64,000 nucleotides of DNA from Chara braunii (lineage: Eukaryota > Plantae > Charophyceae): positions 2,395,112-2,459,111 of the forward strand of contig BFEA01000028.1 of the NCBI GenBank assembly GCA_003427395.1, in the 5' to 3' direction. The stretch's first letter is position 1. Each line of letters starts with the position of its first letter. The translations under genes were made by a program, and so were the position numbers. Shown here piece by piece: positions 11,157-24,688 of the stretch. The notes under the pieces are model-generated. The model saw nothing but the letters and a program-made list of their open reading frames with translations, had not been told where the DNA came from and ran no database searches.

Positions 11157-13297
11157 CGGCACAACCAAACAACGCACACAATCCTAGTCCCTTTAGTAGC
11201 CATCCCATAACTTTCCGATGCGGAAGTCGGATAGGCGACGCGCGCGAGACTTAGTATAAAACCGTGTGGACGCAGGACCTTCCCATATCGACTAGCGATG
11301 TATGAATATGCAAACAGTCGCAATGATGGCGTACTATGTAGTGCCTATAATCAAGCGGTCCCTCGTGGGCTCGAGTACCGCTTATGACACTCAAGTGTCA
11401 AACTCGAAGTATCGTGAGGGTCTACCTCTTCACGATATTGAAAGGTTGAAGGAACAGTCGTGCGGCCTCCGCAGCACCTCCGGCCTTTAGGCTGAGTGTC
11501 CCGGTGGGCACGGCAGATAGGCTCTGCGTGGGGGGTGATCCCTTCGAAGCAGAGTCTAGGACTTGGGATGTCTTGGACAAGGACCTCGAATCACGGCCCA
11601 GGACTAACGTCCGACTGAGAAATCTCTTTAAGAAGCATACAACAATAAAGGGGGTTTCCCTTGAAGTTACTTTCTCAATTTCAACCTCACTTAAACCCTT
11701 AAGCGTGGGCCCCTCAGACCACGTGAACACCCAAACATAGGTATGTACGTGTACATAAAAAAAAGGGAATAAGTATGTGATGATCACTTCTCACAATCAT
11801 AGTGGGACTCCTCACAGCTATATATATATATGTGATCGCAGAAAATCAAATTCAAAGTCCGAACCACAAAACATATCTCCAATCACATCAAAGAGTTAAC
11901 CAAAAGTCCACCCCCTACACGGAGTCAACTTAAACCATTCTCTATATTCATACCCCTTGCTTTAGCCATGCAAACCCCAACCTTTGTCAAACCTTTTATA
12001 ATTAAATACTCAGTACCTTTGTTAAATAAACATTCAATAAAAGTCCAGGTGAAAACCTTAATAAAATAATAAAACCCACCAGGGCTAAAGCCTTTTTAGG
12101 TCGAGTAATGAGAGTGGAGTGGAGTTGAGTCGTAAACCGACGAATCGGCAACCGACTTGTTATCAGTGATAACAAAAGATGATCCTCGTGGGATTAAGCT
12201 GAATCTATTACAAATCATGAATCAAACGACTTGGATCAAGAGGACCTGTAACACATGACAGGCCAATACTCAAACTAAATTCATAAGTGTATGGAGAATA
12301 AAGCTCCATAACACTTTCTCACCCAAGGTCCTCCTACAACTAAGTCTGAGCCTACCTCTAAGCCAGTACCCAACGTGAGGTAGACCTATGACAGCATCTC
12401 CCCTATTCAGGGTGGATTGTCAGAACTGCCACATGTCAAAATGTAACCTAACTTTTTTAAACTAAGAAAATTTCGGCAGCGCTTCCCGTATGAAAAGTGT
12501 CTTTCCAGAATTTATAATAACATAAATATGGAAAAAAAAAAATTATAATTATGGAAAGTTAAATTTTGTCTAACTCCCTGAATTGGTAAAAAATTGGGCA
12601 GCACTCCCTTTAGAAAAGAACACTCTCCAAATTTCTACGAAATCAGATATGCACCCGGAGTAAAACATGAGTTCAACTAAGACAAAATTTAACTAACTCC
12701 TTAGATTTGTAAAACTTTCAGCAGCACTCTCTTTAGAAAAATGTTAATCCAAGATTTATACAAAGCTAAGTTCAGAATCTAAAGTGACTTTCACTTCTCA
12801 AAGTCCAATTTTGTCTAACTCCCTGAATTAGCAAAAATTTGGGCAGCAGTCCCCTTAGAAAATTAGACTCTCCAGATTTTTACTAAGTCATATATAAAAG
12901 TGAGACAAGTTGAACTTTGAAAAAATAAAATCTGACCAACTTCTTGGTTTTGTATAAATTTTGGCAACGCTTCCCGTAGAGAAAGTGACTTACCAAGATT
13001 TATACAAGACCAAGTATAATAAAAGATCGCAGAAAATGCAGGAATTGACCTAAGTAAAATAAACTTGGCTCAGAAAATGCAAGAATTAAAACTAATTCCT
13101 ATAGCTCTAGCACGTGACGAGCAACTAAAGCAACTACTTATCAACTGAAACTGTGACTAAGTAGTGATCTCACTCAGCAACATGCAAGCCAAACCACAAA
13201 GGTAAGTACTCTCATCAACCCTAAGTCAAACTGGTCAAACAATTATTCGTAGTCGCTTACTAATCTGTCCCTTATGTCCAGCTCACATAAGGCATAA

Positions 13298-13999
13298 GCC
13301 AGACCACCTTATCTTATGGGAACTTATCTAGTTCAACCATAGAATATCCACAAACACAGGGCACTACAACTTTTCTCTTTTTTGGGCACATGACTAGGTT
13401 AGCCAACCTAGTCACCCTCGAGCATTTAAGTATCAAAGTTATTTATAATTGTTTGCACTTTGTCTTTTAAGGTAACATATGATTAAACCAGTCATCTTAG
13501 ATCAATGTTCATCCTGTCCCTTCTTAACACAATTTTATTTTTAATAAGCTATAGCTAGATCATCCAATCGTATGGAAAAATGTTTGACTAACCTGTTCAT
13601 AAATAGAGTATTATAAAATATAAATAAATTTTAACATTTTGGTTCCAACATGTGCGCGGCTTCAGACCAGACCACCCAATTTTATGGGAACTTGTCCAGT
13701 CCTTTGTCTGAATTTTTCCCTCAAAAATAAAACAAGAGAGAGTCAGGGTTATCCAATCTTATGGAACGTGCCCAACTCTCCTTCGGAACTAATAAAACAT
13801 AAGAAAACCCAAAAAAATAAGGCAACCAAGCCATCCAATCCTATGAAAAAAATGCTTAGTTCCTGAAAGTTAAACACAAATAATCATCGCAAGTCAAAGC
13901 AACCAAACCACCCAATCTTATGGGAACCTGTCTGGTCCTTCAGGCAATCGGAAATAAAAATAGCACTGGGTCCTCCAATTTTATGGAGACTATCCCAGC
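13298..13999. repeat. A2 version of the ATCTTA hexaloop stem-loop array (~9 units)
   Basis: Same position in the element as 2229-3056, but the inner stem is mostly CCA-ATCTTA-TGG instead of TTC-ATCTTA-GAA. Outer stems are again unit-specific (e.g. gctag/ttgac, aaccaag/cttagtt, ctggg/cccag). Confidence 0.8.
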
Positions 14000-15207
14000 C
14001 TTTGCTTAACCCAGTCAGCCACAAGCAAAATTGTCTTCCTCCCAACCTTCCCCAGTTGCATCCCCACAATCTGCTTTCAGTCAGACAAACAAACTGAAAC
14101 TGAAACTTGCACAATCATTCCTTTAATTAAGTCTGGTTTATCCTGAAAGTCAAACTGAAAGTCAAAGTAGGGATGCAGGTAAGATACTCAGTCAACCATA
14201 GCAAGACATACATGTAGGGGTTATAATTGGGCTTATAGAAGAAAAGCAAATGATTGCCTCTCAGTTCTCTGCCTCCAGAACTCCTCCTGAGTTCCGACAG
14301 AGCTCCTGCTCTCAGACTCGCACGAGAGGGCCTTGATTCTTTAACTCGCCCGAGGGTCTCGCAATGGCGGCCAAATATACAGCAACTTAGCCAACCGAAG
14401 TCAAACCGTTGTTCGTTGATTCCCCGACAATTCTTCAGATTCAACAACAATCCTTTCGCAGAAGTCTGACGTCACTTCCAACCCCACGCCGCCGCCACTT
14501 CTTACCAAATCGTTGCTATGTAACCCTAGATGGGTGTATTTTTGTGCTTTTACTCGATATGCAGACAAACCAGTGGGGACTCAGTAAGAAACTGTGCATT
14601 TAACAATCATGCGTAGCAATGACACACCTCAACAATGTATAGCGGAAGCGTAGCTCAATATGTAAAGGAAGTTTAACATGCTTACTAGAGGTTCATCCTC
14701 AGCACGACATCCCAACTGCCCTTGGCAATAGTGCCTGATAACCTTTAGAGAGGACCGTAGGCATAGCGGCATGCAACATGTCACTGTGTCATCTGCAATT
14801 GGTAGGCTATACGTAGTGGTGGCGACTGCCCAGTATCACCGATATACGCCAACAAAGACGAGCAGTGTCACTGCCTGTTATAGTCAACGTTGCGCCTGTT
14901 TATTCTCCTTTAGAGACGACCCTTAGTCCTCCGAGTCATAGCAGATGTGCCCCTCAACCAAGTACCTTAGAGCAGAACACAGCGAACAGACCGTGTGCAC
15001 CTACCCATACTCCTCCTCCGATCGAGCGACTGCCCAAGTCTGCCCTCGGACTGCAAACAACTGCACCCGCTAACTCGTTTGGCTGCAAAACAATCCGCCT
15101 GTTGGCTCGATTGGCTACACTCATACCAGTTCGACAAGGCTCGCTCACTCGTTCTCTCTCTTTCCCCCTCGTACTCAGCGTGCGGCTGCAGCACTGCTTA
15201 CGACCTG

Positions 15208-15699
15208 CACAAGCGGTTATCGGGTAGCTGAAAATTCAGGAATGAAAATTATGAAGTGAGAGTTTTTGGCAGTCTGAAAATCTTGAATGGTCCTGAAGTG
15301 GTGAAAGGTTCGAAGACCCTGAAAACCACCTGTTTAGGCAGGCTGCATCCTGAAGTGGTCAAGGGTGTCTTGAAGTGGTCAAGGGTGTCCTGAAGTGGTC
15401 AAGTGAGAGTTTTGGGCAGTCTGAAAATCCTGAATGGTCTTGAAGTGGTGAAAGGTCCGAAGACCATGAAAACCACCCTTCACTACTTGAGGATGCAACC
15501 TGCCTAAATAGGTGGTTTTCAGGGTCTTCGGACCTTTCACCACTTCAGGACCATTCATGATTTTCAGACATGAATGCTCCTGAAGTGGCGAAAGGTCCGA
15601 AGACCCTGAAAACCACCTGTTTAGGCAGGCTGCATCCTGAAGTGGTGAAGGGTGTCTTGAAGTGGTGATGAAAAATACGACTGTTGTTAACCTTCTCTC
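15208..15699 (+). mobile_element. Family B: TIR-less ~0.48 kb non-autonomous element with 8-bp TSD, nested in A2
   Basis: Ends are CACAAGCGGTTA and TTAACCTTCTCTC. Flanks acgacctg/atgacccg differ only by two CpG transitions. The interior is made of direct and inverted tcctgaagtggtgaa subrepeats. Confidence 0.8.
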
Positions 15700-18083
15700 A
15701 TGACCCGATGCATTCGACTACCATGTTGAGCAACACACCACCTTCATCGCTAGTATGAGCGAAATCTGAATAAATCCTCCACTGAAACGCGGAAGCTCAC
15801 ATCACCTGTTAACAACCCCGCGCACAGATGGATAGAAGAAGGTCACTTCCGTCGTCGAAATGAGCACCGTACCGGCCAATAGGTAAGTCTTTTGTCCCCG
15901 TGGCCGATCTCTCATTTCCTCCACCGAAAACAATCAAGCAAAACCAAATGAACTTATCCCTAGAACTGGGATAGGTGTGTGACCAAATATAATCACGCAG
16001 TACCTATCTTTGACAACATCAAGACTAACGCCCTATCTCTGATTCTAAAACCACCCATTAACCCTTATTCCTCACATCCCTAGTTAGCAAGGTATCTCGC
16101 TTGGCCTTTACCAAGAAACAACCGAGATATGCAGTCCCCGCTCCCTATCTTTGTTCTTCCCCGATACCTTCACGCAGTTCGTTGTTCCTCGTGCACCGAA
16201 ACTAACCTTCCTTTGTCAAAACTGAGTCTACCAATCAACTCGCGGTATCTAAAAAACCCCAAAACGAACTTTCACTCGGCTGCCTTCATGAAGAGACGGG
16301 TAAGTTACTCGAACTTTGTTCCCTCCATATTCGTCTTCACCACTTCTTCTCGCAACTCTTTTCTCCCCTCTCTCTCCCCTTACTAACTTTCTACTAATTC
16401 TACACTTTAAAACAGGGTCGCCACCTCCTAAAATCCCCGACTAGAGCCCTTCCCTACCAGTTCTCACTAAAAAGCGAGTGGGGCACGACAAATCTTCCTC
16501 GCCATAGTCTCCCCTCCTTCGTCACTTGCTCCGCCGGATGCCACCCGCGCGCCTAACGCGATTGCGCGTCCTGATTCGGTCCGCTCTCTCTATTAGCACA
16601 CGCAGCGCGTATAGTCGATTGGCCTGTAGTCGTCCTCATACGGACCGAAACCTTCAGACAGGCGGATTACCATTAAGCGGCTTAGTCGGCTTTCTTCGCT
16701 CCTATACATGAGACCAACGATGGTTGACACGCCAATACCGCTATGGCCCTCGCTCCTATTTCCTACTCGATGAGCGCACCTAGAGTAGCAGTACTATGTG
16801 CCCCCTCCCATACATCACCGCACTTCTCCTGCTTTACATACACCTCGACGTTTTTCCCGTCCAGATCCAACTTTTTACATTACTTCACTACCTCTGCCCG
16901 CCTTAGTCAGCGCCGAAGAGACAACGCTCCAACGTTGAGGCAAGTGGAAGGGTGCGGCCAGCTGCAGATCTTGGAGGTAGTAGCAACATTCAAATGGGAA
17001 CTTTGAAGCCCGACGTGAAAAAGAGTTCCACGTAACCGGTCGGGCACTCAGATTAGCAGCGGGCTTCCTCACTGTGCCCCGACCGCTATTCCCAAGGCCC
17101 AGCTCACCATCTTCCGAGTCCCAACCGGCATGCTTAAATTCAAACCTCTCACAGAAGACTGTGGTTGTCGATTGGTACGCCTGCAACGGGGCCTCGCTAC
17201 TCCGGATTCCTTCGCTTCATGGGCCAGCCGCCCCACTGGCTCACCTGCACGTTGAACTCCTCGGTCCACGTTACGAGCCGGACAAAAATAGAGAAATTCC
17301 TCCAGCATCCCGAACGGGCCCACCAACAGCGGTGCCCGCTCAAGGTCCTCGACTGCCATGGCGGCCACTACATTCGGCGTCGTGTCCAAGCCAAAGGGAC
17401 GCTGGAGCACGAAGATAATAATAATAAGTCAACAAATAATCACCTGCTTAAAAAGATCAGTCGTTCGAGAACGACTTGCGGGGAGAAAGGAACCGTTGGC
17501 ACCGATCCGACTCCGCTGACGACAAAACCAAGGGGGATAGCCCCGCCAGGCCTTCAACCCCTTGGTCCCTTCACGCTACTCTGACATTTCCTACGTCGCC
17601 TCCGCTCGATCTCGATCCTTGAATCTTTTGGTTGGAAATCCCATACTGTAACCAATAGTATTGGCCAAAGGTTGGGTCTAGTACCGATTGACACCTAAAT
17701 AAACAGATGTTGCGCGTCGTGCAGATCTATCGAAATATTTTCAAAATCACATTGTTGTCGATGTAGTCCTCCGCACGTTCGCACAAGTCATAGGCAAGCG
17801 CTCCAAATACAAGACATAATCTTTTTGATCCTAACTTAGTCGGAAAAATAAAAAATTTGGTCGGCGACTAACGCCGGTTTCCACAATTTATCAAAAGAAA
17901 ACAGATCACGCACGCCTTAAGTCTGCGCGCCCACACACTCTCTACTCTAGTCATCCATTTAATCATTGTAAGCCCCAAACACAGTTGCACCTCATGCGGG
18001 ATACTTAAACTTTAAACCAAACCTATTTTTTGTTGCTTGCGAAAACCAGGGCGGATACCCTTGTAAGGGTATTCGTACCGACA

Positions 18084-21000
18084 ATGGCCCCGTCTGTGTG
18101 TGGTAGATAAGTGGCAAAGTGGAGCTGAGGCGATTGGCCAATATCTTCTCCAAGATCTTGTACGTAGAGTTAAGGACCGAGATCGACCATAGTTTCGTAC
18201 ATCGTCCTTCGGGCTCTTCTTGCAAATAAGGACTACATATACATTTGCAAGAACTAGCAGGCATTATGGAAAGTTTCCGCCAGGAACAGGGTGAAGGTGA
18301 TATGGAATTCCTCATAGTAAAAGTCAAGCGAAATCCTTTCTAATCCTGGTGTCTTCAAACGAGGCAGTTCTGCGATCACCTATAGCCGCCGAAACATCTA
18401 CCCACACGTCCTTTTCCAGACTACTCTTCCGGAAACAGATATTTGTAGTACTACTCCATATACCCCAACATACCCGCGATTGTATCCTTTTTACCTCTTG
18501 CTGCGTCGAACTGGTGTTTCCATGGTGGTTATAATAAAAGTTTCCTTATTTTTCTCAGTTTAGCAAAGAATCTCCTTGTTATTTTCTCCTTCACCAACGT
18601 CTAAGCAACTCTCATCCTCCTTCCTCATTTCATTGTTTCCTCCGCGTCGCTTGCCATGCCTTTCACTCCTTGATTGCTTTCACCCTCTCTTCACATCATT
18701 CCTCCTTTGTTTGAACATCCAGCGGGTCCTTATGGAGCTCCCCCAAGTTTTTTATGGAGTCTTGCCCAGATCTTTGATACGACTCGTAAGTCCATTTCAA
18801 TGTTGGTTGCAATGTCTTCTTAACGTTGGCCACCTATACACATAGCCAGTTCAACTTGTTGTAAGTGACTTTACATTTCCATCATTTCCACTATTAAGTC
18901 TTTGTAATCATGCGATCATAATACTCAAGCCGCCATTGAAAAACAAGTTATAACCATAGAGTGGTCTGACGTAGCCGACGGACAAATCTTGACCTCCTTG
19001 CAGCTATTGACAATATCACGGGTAGGCCATATAAAGTCAATCCTGGTTTTTTTCGCTGCATGGGACCCAATGTAGCTATACTTCATATTGTTTGAGTGCA
19101 ATACTCGGTACACATCCTTATATGCCAACTCCGCCATGGCCATTTGAAGTGCAACCGAGTCCAGCTCCATTATCTTAATTCCCCTAACGTTCAATCCGGA
19201 CAAATACCTGTGTGAAATCCTCGATAATTATAAAGTTGTTCACCTCCGGTAGCAGCGTTGCAGGCCTTCCCACATTCTTCTCCGTTCGCTCCCGTCAGTC
19301 AGGACGTAGATCGTTTTGGAACTCAAATCTCCTAATCCCATTTCAACAAAACCCATGCTCACTTTCACCTTGAGTCATAGAACCAATCAGTCACCTACCT
19401 CGAAAGTGGGGGGGGACCAGAAGTGCCCCCCCCCCCCTTCATCCCTCGAGTTGTAGCCCACAACTGGTGTCCCTTCCACCATGGTAGGGGAGAGGTGATT
19501 TTGTGTTCCTCCAACTTCGTCTCCTGCACGAACACCACTTCAATCTGTATGTTTTTAACAAAGGATATGAGTTCCTTTCGTCTGGGTTTATCAATTTTAG
19601 CCCCATGCCTTTAATATTCCATGTAAGTAATTTCATATGATTGAGTTTTTTACTCCCACCGATGGTCGAACATACCCACCAAGTTCCCACTACGTTAATC
19701 CCTTTGGACAACCCCTCCCAAATTGCTAATGAAAAAAACAAACACAATTACCCACCAAACCCGTGCTATGCCCAACCTAATCACCTACACATCCTCAAGA
19801 AAAAGAACGACATACATTTTTATGTGTCGAGAAAGGGTGCCCATCCCAGGGCCCCCACGGAAAAATAGTCTCTCGATCTCTCCCTTTTACCTATTGCCTA
19901 TCCTAAAAAAAAATTATCACTCCCGATGTACTCGTGGATAGGGAGCTTCGCATTAATGCTCCTCAAGATCGACATGGTGGAGTCGTGTACTATATGAAAC
20001 TCTCATGGTCGTGCTACCGGTTTTTATCCTTAGAACGTTCACCCATCTAGCTTTGTGTAACCCCAAGCCAGAGAAATCTGACATGCTCGGAGTGATAATC
20101 AAAAGTCGTTGCCCATACGAGTGAATCTTATAAACTTGTATGTTGAAGGAGGGGGAGCCTTGCAACATCGTAATAGCGACTCACCCAGTGACAAACCTGT
20201 TGGACTACCAACCTTTCCTACAGTAGAGCAGTGACCTTTATCACCAACATCGCGTTCCTTCCTTTCACATGGGGGTTCATGTGCCCACCAAAGAATGAAA
20301 GGGTAGGCATAACCGTCACCTGCCACCAAGATATTCGTTAGATTGCTCGGGGCTATCTCCTACCCCACCCTCCCCCCTTCATTTTTCCCTTGCTCTATCC
20401 CATCGTCAGTTGCGCCCATAAAGACACTCCATCCACTATTCAAAATTTTACTCCCCCTACTTGTTTTTTCCTTGTCCAATGCTTCCCGACATATTTCTCC
20501 CACCTCGTCACTCCGCAGTTGATGACCATCTTCCTCGTCCCTACAACCCTTCTCTTCACCCAATCTGCCAAATCCTTTGCTTCCCCACGTTTCTCTCCAA
20601 ACTCGTCACTTCTCAACTAATGGTCATCCTCATCGTCCCTGCAACCCTTCCCTTCACCTAATCTGCTGAGTCCCTCCCCATGGTTGTTGTCCATTGACCT
20701 TCCCCGCTCTCTTCCTCACTCTCAACATCACCTTCTCTACTGTCTTTCCCAACTTCCTCCACGGGGCCACCAACAAACCATTTTGCCTCCCCACCAAAAT
20801 CATTTCCACTATCATTCATCGCCTTCCGATTGGGTTCCCACTGTTGACTTGCACTTTTTTGGCCAGACCCTTTATACCCCCTCTCCCTCCTGAACAATGT
20901 CCTCATAATCCTGTTGCATCGGGGAGTTGACCACGTCACCACTTCCAGTCTCCCCCCTTCTGATTTTGTAAGCTCCTCGCTTTTGTTGCCATATCGCTGC

Positions 21001-21480
21001 ATCAGGGGGCCTGCGGCGTCTCGACTCACCATCCTCTTCCCTCCGTACTCCATAGACTTATCCTTCCATTCATCGAAACTTACGAATGTCTTCCCTTCCC
21101 CTACCAGATCAACAATTTGTTTCTCGCGCTCCCTCGGTGGGGGTGAAGCCACCTTTGGTCCGACACTCCTAGGCCAGTACCTGGGAGTTTGCACTTTCGC
21201 TCGTATCTTGGCAATCTACAACGAGGATGTTTACCTTTTCCTTCCTTGTCAAGTCTCACCATGCCTTGTATTGCTCCGCCGATCCAACTCTCTCTGGTAT
21301 CCTCGACTGATACAAGTGGACTCTTGCGAGACCGACATACTCAATGGGACATCTTCTCAACCAGCTCCCTAGTTGGCCTCATTGCGACCTACTTTTTCCT
21401 TCTCGTATGCCTATCTTAATTTCGCTCTCACTTCCCTTGCATCCGGCCTTGCTCCCGTCGACTTTCCTCTTCTGTTTGAG
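18084..21480 (-). pseudogene. L1/Tx1-clade LINE 5' part: ORF1 remnants (~19900-21450) and ORF2 APE endonuclease plus start of RT, decayed
   Basis: MKLLTWNIKG (from 19636), VQETKL, KTRIDFIW and SDHSMV endonuclease motifs, and the YKILEKILANRL...HTQTG RT motif ending at 18088. Continues at 10410. The 5' boundary is approximate. Confidence 0.88.
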
Positions 21481-21529
21481 TGTCACACGTGACACACGAC
21501 CAGATACCCTCTAAGGCACAACCTATTCT

Positions 21530-22004
21530 GAGAGAAGGTTAACAACAATCGTATTTTTCATCACCACTTCAGGACTCCCTTCACCGCTTCAGGATGCAGC
21601 AGCCTGCCTAAATAGGTGGTTTTCAGGGTCTTCGGACCTTTCACTACTTCAGGACCATTCACGTCTGAAAATCCTGAATGGTCCTGAAGTGGTGAAAACT
21701 TCGAAGACCCTGAAAACCACCTGTTTAGGCAGGCTACATCCTAAAGTGGTGAAGGGTGGTTTTCATGGTTTTCGGATCTTTCATCACTTCAGGACCATTT
21801 ATTATTTTCAGACTATCCAAAACTCTCACTTGACCACTTCAGGACACTCTTCACCACTTCAGGATGCAGCCTGCCTAAACAGGTAGTTTTTATGGTCTTC
21901 GGACCTTTCACCACTTCAGGACCATTTAGGATTTTCAGACTGCCAAAAACTTTCAATTCAGAATTTTCATTCCTGAATTTTCAGCTAGCCGATAACCGCT
22001 TGTG
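21530..22004 (-). mobile_element. Family B copy 2
   Basis: Reverse complement of 15208-15699 with the same ends. Perfect 8-bp TSD cctattct (21522-21529, 22005-22012). Confidence 0.85.
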
Positions 22005-22257
22005 CCTATTCTACAACTACACATTTCACCTTCCCCTCCCCCTTTCCATCCATTGTAGGTTCATGACATTTTAACTACCTTCACTTTGGTGGTTATGAAT
22101 TGGCCAATACTAAAAGGTTGATGCAAAATGTTCCACAATTCAATAAAAAACATAATTGTTCATATATTTATGAAACCTGTTAAAATAACTGAGAAGCTGC
22201 ATTTGAAATATATCTATATATCTATATATGTATAATCCAACTAAGTAGATAAATAAC

Positions 22258-22467
22258 CTGGGCTACCAGTCGTGCCGCCTGGGTCCCCAAAGTTGGCACG
22301 GGACCTGCCTCGGACGCCCGACCATATAACTGGGTCGGGCAGGGTCCCAACCGATATCCCACAAAAAACAAAATAAAAAGTTAATTTTTTTTTTATTGAG
22401 GGTTACTTCCAAAGTCTTCACAGAATTTGAAATAAAAATAAAATAATGGATGAAAAATCATTTCACC
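22258..22467 (+). mobile_element. Left end of a hAT-like MITE (TIR CTGGGCTACCAGTCG)
   Basis: The TIR and subterminal sequence resemble 30347-30619 and 56160-56880. The matching end is uncertain. Confidence 0.5.
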
Positions 22468-24353
22468 CTGTTTCCAGAGTTCCTCCTGAACTTCGGCAGA
22501 GCTCCCACAATTGCTCTGTTATCAGCCTATGCAATTAATTGTGTGGACCCAAAGTTCGCAAAAAACAGGATTATCTTACTGGAAGTACGCCATAAGTCAC
22601 TTATAGTCGAAGAGATAGGTGTTTGAGAGGATCAAACAACCATAAGAACGGAGGAGGATGGAGGAGGTAGGCACCATCACAAAGTGATAATGTCTCTCTC
22701 CTTTCGTTATGCCTCGTATTCTCTTCCTCTCCGACCCTTGTTTAATACATGATGTTTAATAATAGCAATAGTAAAACAACAAAATAACCAATAATAATAA
22801 TAATAATAACTGGGTAGAAAGCCGTACGCGTACGAACCCAAAATCGCGTGTACTCGTACAGAAAAAACAAAACACAAATATGAAAAAAACGTATGTTGTG
22901 CAGAACAATGATACAAACAACATTTGTCTGAGAGTCATACCCGAATTCCCAACCAATCTTGATTTAAAAATCAAAAACCTTAAAGAAAACTTTAAAATAA
23001 TAATAATAATAAATTATGTTTAAATAGTTTTTAAATTATTATGATAATATTACCTTTTTTTTAGTTTTTAATTTCTTACTCGAGTTTGATTGGGAATACG
23101 GGGATGACTCCAGGGCAAAAGTTGTTTGTATCATGCATAATATATATTTGTTATAGAAGTTTATTTTTTTTGTGTCTTTGATTTTTCACTCGAGTTTCGT
23201 ACAGAATTTGGCGATGAATCTCAGGCAAAAGTTGTTGCAAATATCATTTTGCATAACATACTTTTGTTTCAGATTTGTCTGACAACGGTTTGTTTTTTTT
23301 TTTTTACGTATTCTCACGTACGGGAGGACATTTACACGCGTACGTGTCGTGTTGTCGGGGCAAATACCCTCACAAGGGTATTTGTCAAGGTTTTTCAATG
23401 TCAGACGCTGTCTGACCTTTTTTCTTTAAATCGAAGGACTTGATGAGACTGGCGTTTGCTAAAAAGCTTATTCAGATCTGACCTATGATTGAGAGACAAA
23501 AAGTTTTCAGACTTTAGTCCGGACGCGTGTGGCGCCCAGGAGTAACGAATGTGAACGGCAATGCTTCGCGTCTGTCAAAGCCGCAGGAATGTGCGGATAA
23601 GGGACTGCTAAAATTAAACCTATCCTACCGCGGCACACTCAGCATGAGCCGCCCGATTGAATGGGCGGCAGTGTGTGTGCTGCAGGACCAGAAGACCGTC
23701 GTACCGACAACGGCGCAGCTAGCATTGAGAAAGGAGGCCGACAAGGCCTGCCTTTGGTCGTGGTTGGGTAGCCTGCTGGGCTGCTACCCTTCATATAGAA
23801 GAGTAACAGGCTTAACTTCTGTGAAAAGGAGCTAGCCTAGTATGTTACCATGTCAAACTCTTACCGTGTTGATACCGGGATCGAATCCAATAGGCCCTAC
23901 TGGGCGCAGCTCCTTTTGGAGTTGCCTTTCTATAGGGCGCGGTCAACCTCGAACGCCCGATCACGAAGATCGCGCGACCAAGATTGGTCGCGCGAGATTA
24001 GCGTGACCCCTGCGCAAGTATGACACGCACAAATCAAGAAAATGGCCCAAGTTTTTTTTCGATTCCCTTCACTCGGGTCTGTATTTCAACAAGTTTACTG
24101 CCGTTGGCATAAGCCAACGGCTTCAATATTACTGCGCCAGATGGCGCAGAGAGATGTGGTTGGGGACTTACAGTCCCCAGAGAAGGCCCGTTGAAAACGG
24201 GCAGCCATTTTCTTTTAAGTTTTCTTTTTGTTTTTCTTTTCAGTTATTTAGATTTTTTCTTTAGATTTTCTTGTTATATTTTGTTAGATTTTTTCCTTTT
24301 TTTTTTTTTTTTTTTTTTTGAATGCCCGTTCATTTCAAACGAACGGGTGACTA

Positions 24354-24406
24354 GACTGTTTCGTCGGGGTTGCGCCAACTCATCAGGAGGTTGGACCTCG
24401 ACAGTC
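24354..24406 (-). ncRNA. Type III hammerhead ribozyme (copy 1)
   Basis: Minus strand GACUGU-C^GAGG-UCCAA-CCUC-CUGAUGA-GUUGG-CGCAACC-CCGAC-GAA-ACAGUC. Complete core with GUC cleavage triplet, and stems I, II and III all pair. Confidence 0.92.
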
Positions 24407-24635
24407 CAATCGTTGCGCGTGAACCTTACGCTGAAGGCAACCAGGTGCAGAGAAAGAGAGAAGGGGAAAGAAAGGGGGGGAGCCACCAAACTTACCTATG
24501 GTTGGCCCCTCCGTGCAGCTTTCAACAATAGGATAAGCAAAATCGAATGAATCTCCCACCAGAAAGTGGGAGAATACATCCTCGCGTGCAGTGGCGAAGC
24601 CACTGCTACAGCTGCGACCAAGGAGGGTTGTGCCA

Positions 24636-24688
24636 GACTGTTTCGTCGGACTCTCACCGACTCATCAGGAGGTTGGACCTCGACAGTC
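24636..24688 (-). ncRNA. Type III hammerhead ribozyme (copy 2)
   Basis: Minus strand GACUGU-C^GAGG-UCCAA-CCUC-CUGAUGA-GUCGG-UGAGAGU-CCGAC-GAA-ACAGUC. Differs from copy 1 only in stem II and loop II, with pairing preserved. Confidence 0.93.

Larger units (their letters stand above)
10411..18083 (-). mobile_element. Family A copy A2 (7673 bp including an N gap and a nested 492-bp insertion), both ends present
   Basis: The plus strand begins TGTC at 10411 and ends CGACA at 18083. Flanks are acgg (10407-10410) and atgg (18084-18087), a 4-bp TSD with one CpG transition. It splits the LINE RT between ...HTQTG and VPTKQILTN. Confidence 0.9.

Noticed and set aside
21481-21520. Another family A terminus (agataccctctaagg)
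   Set aside because: Short similarity only, and no GACA end at the expected distance.
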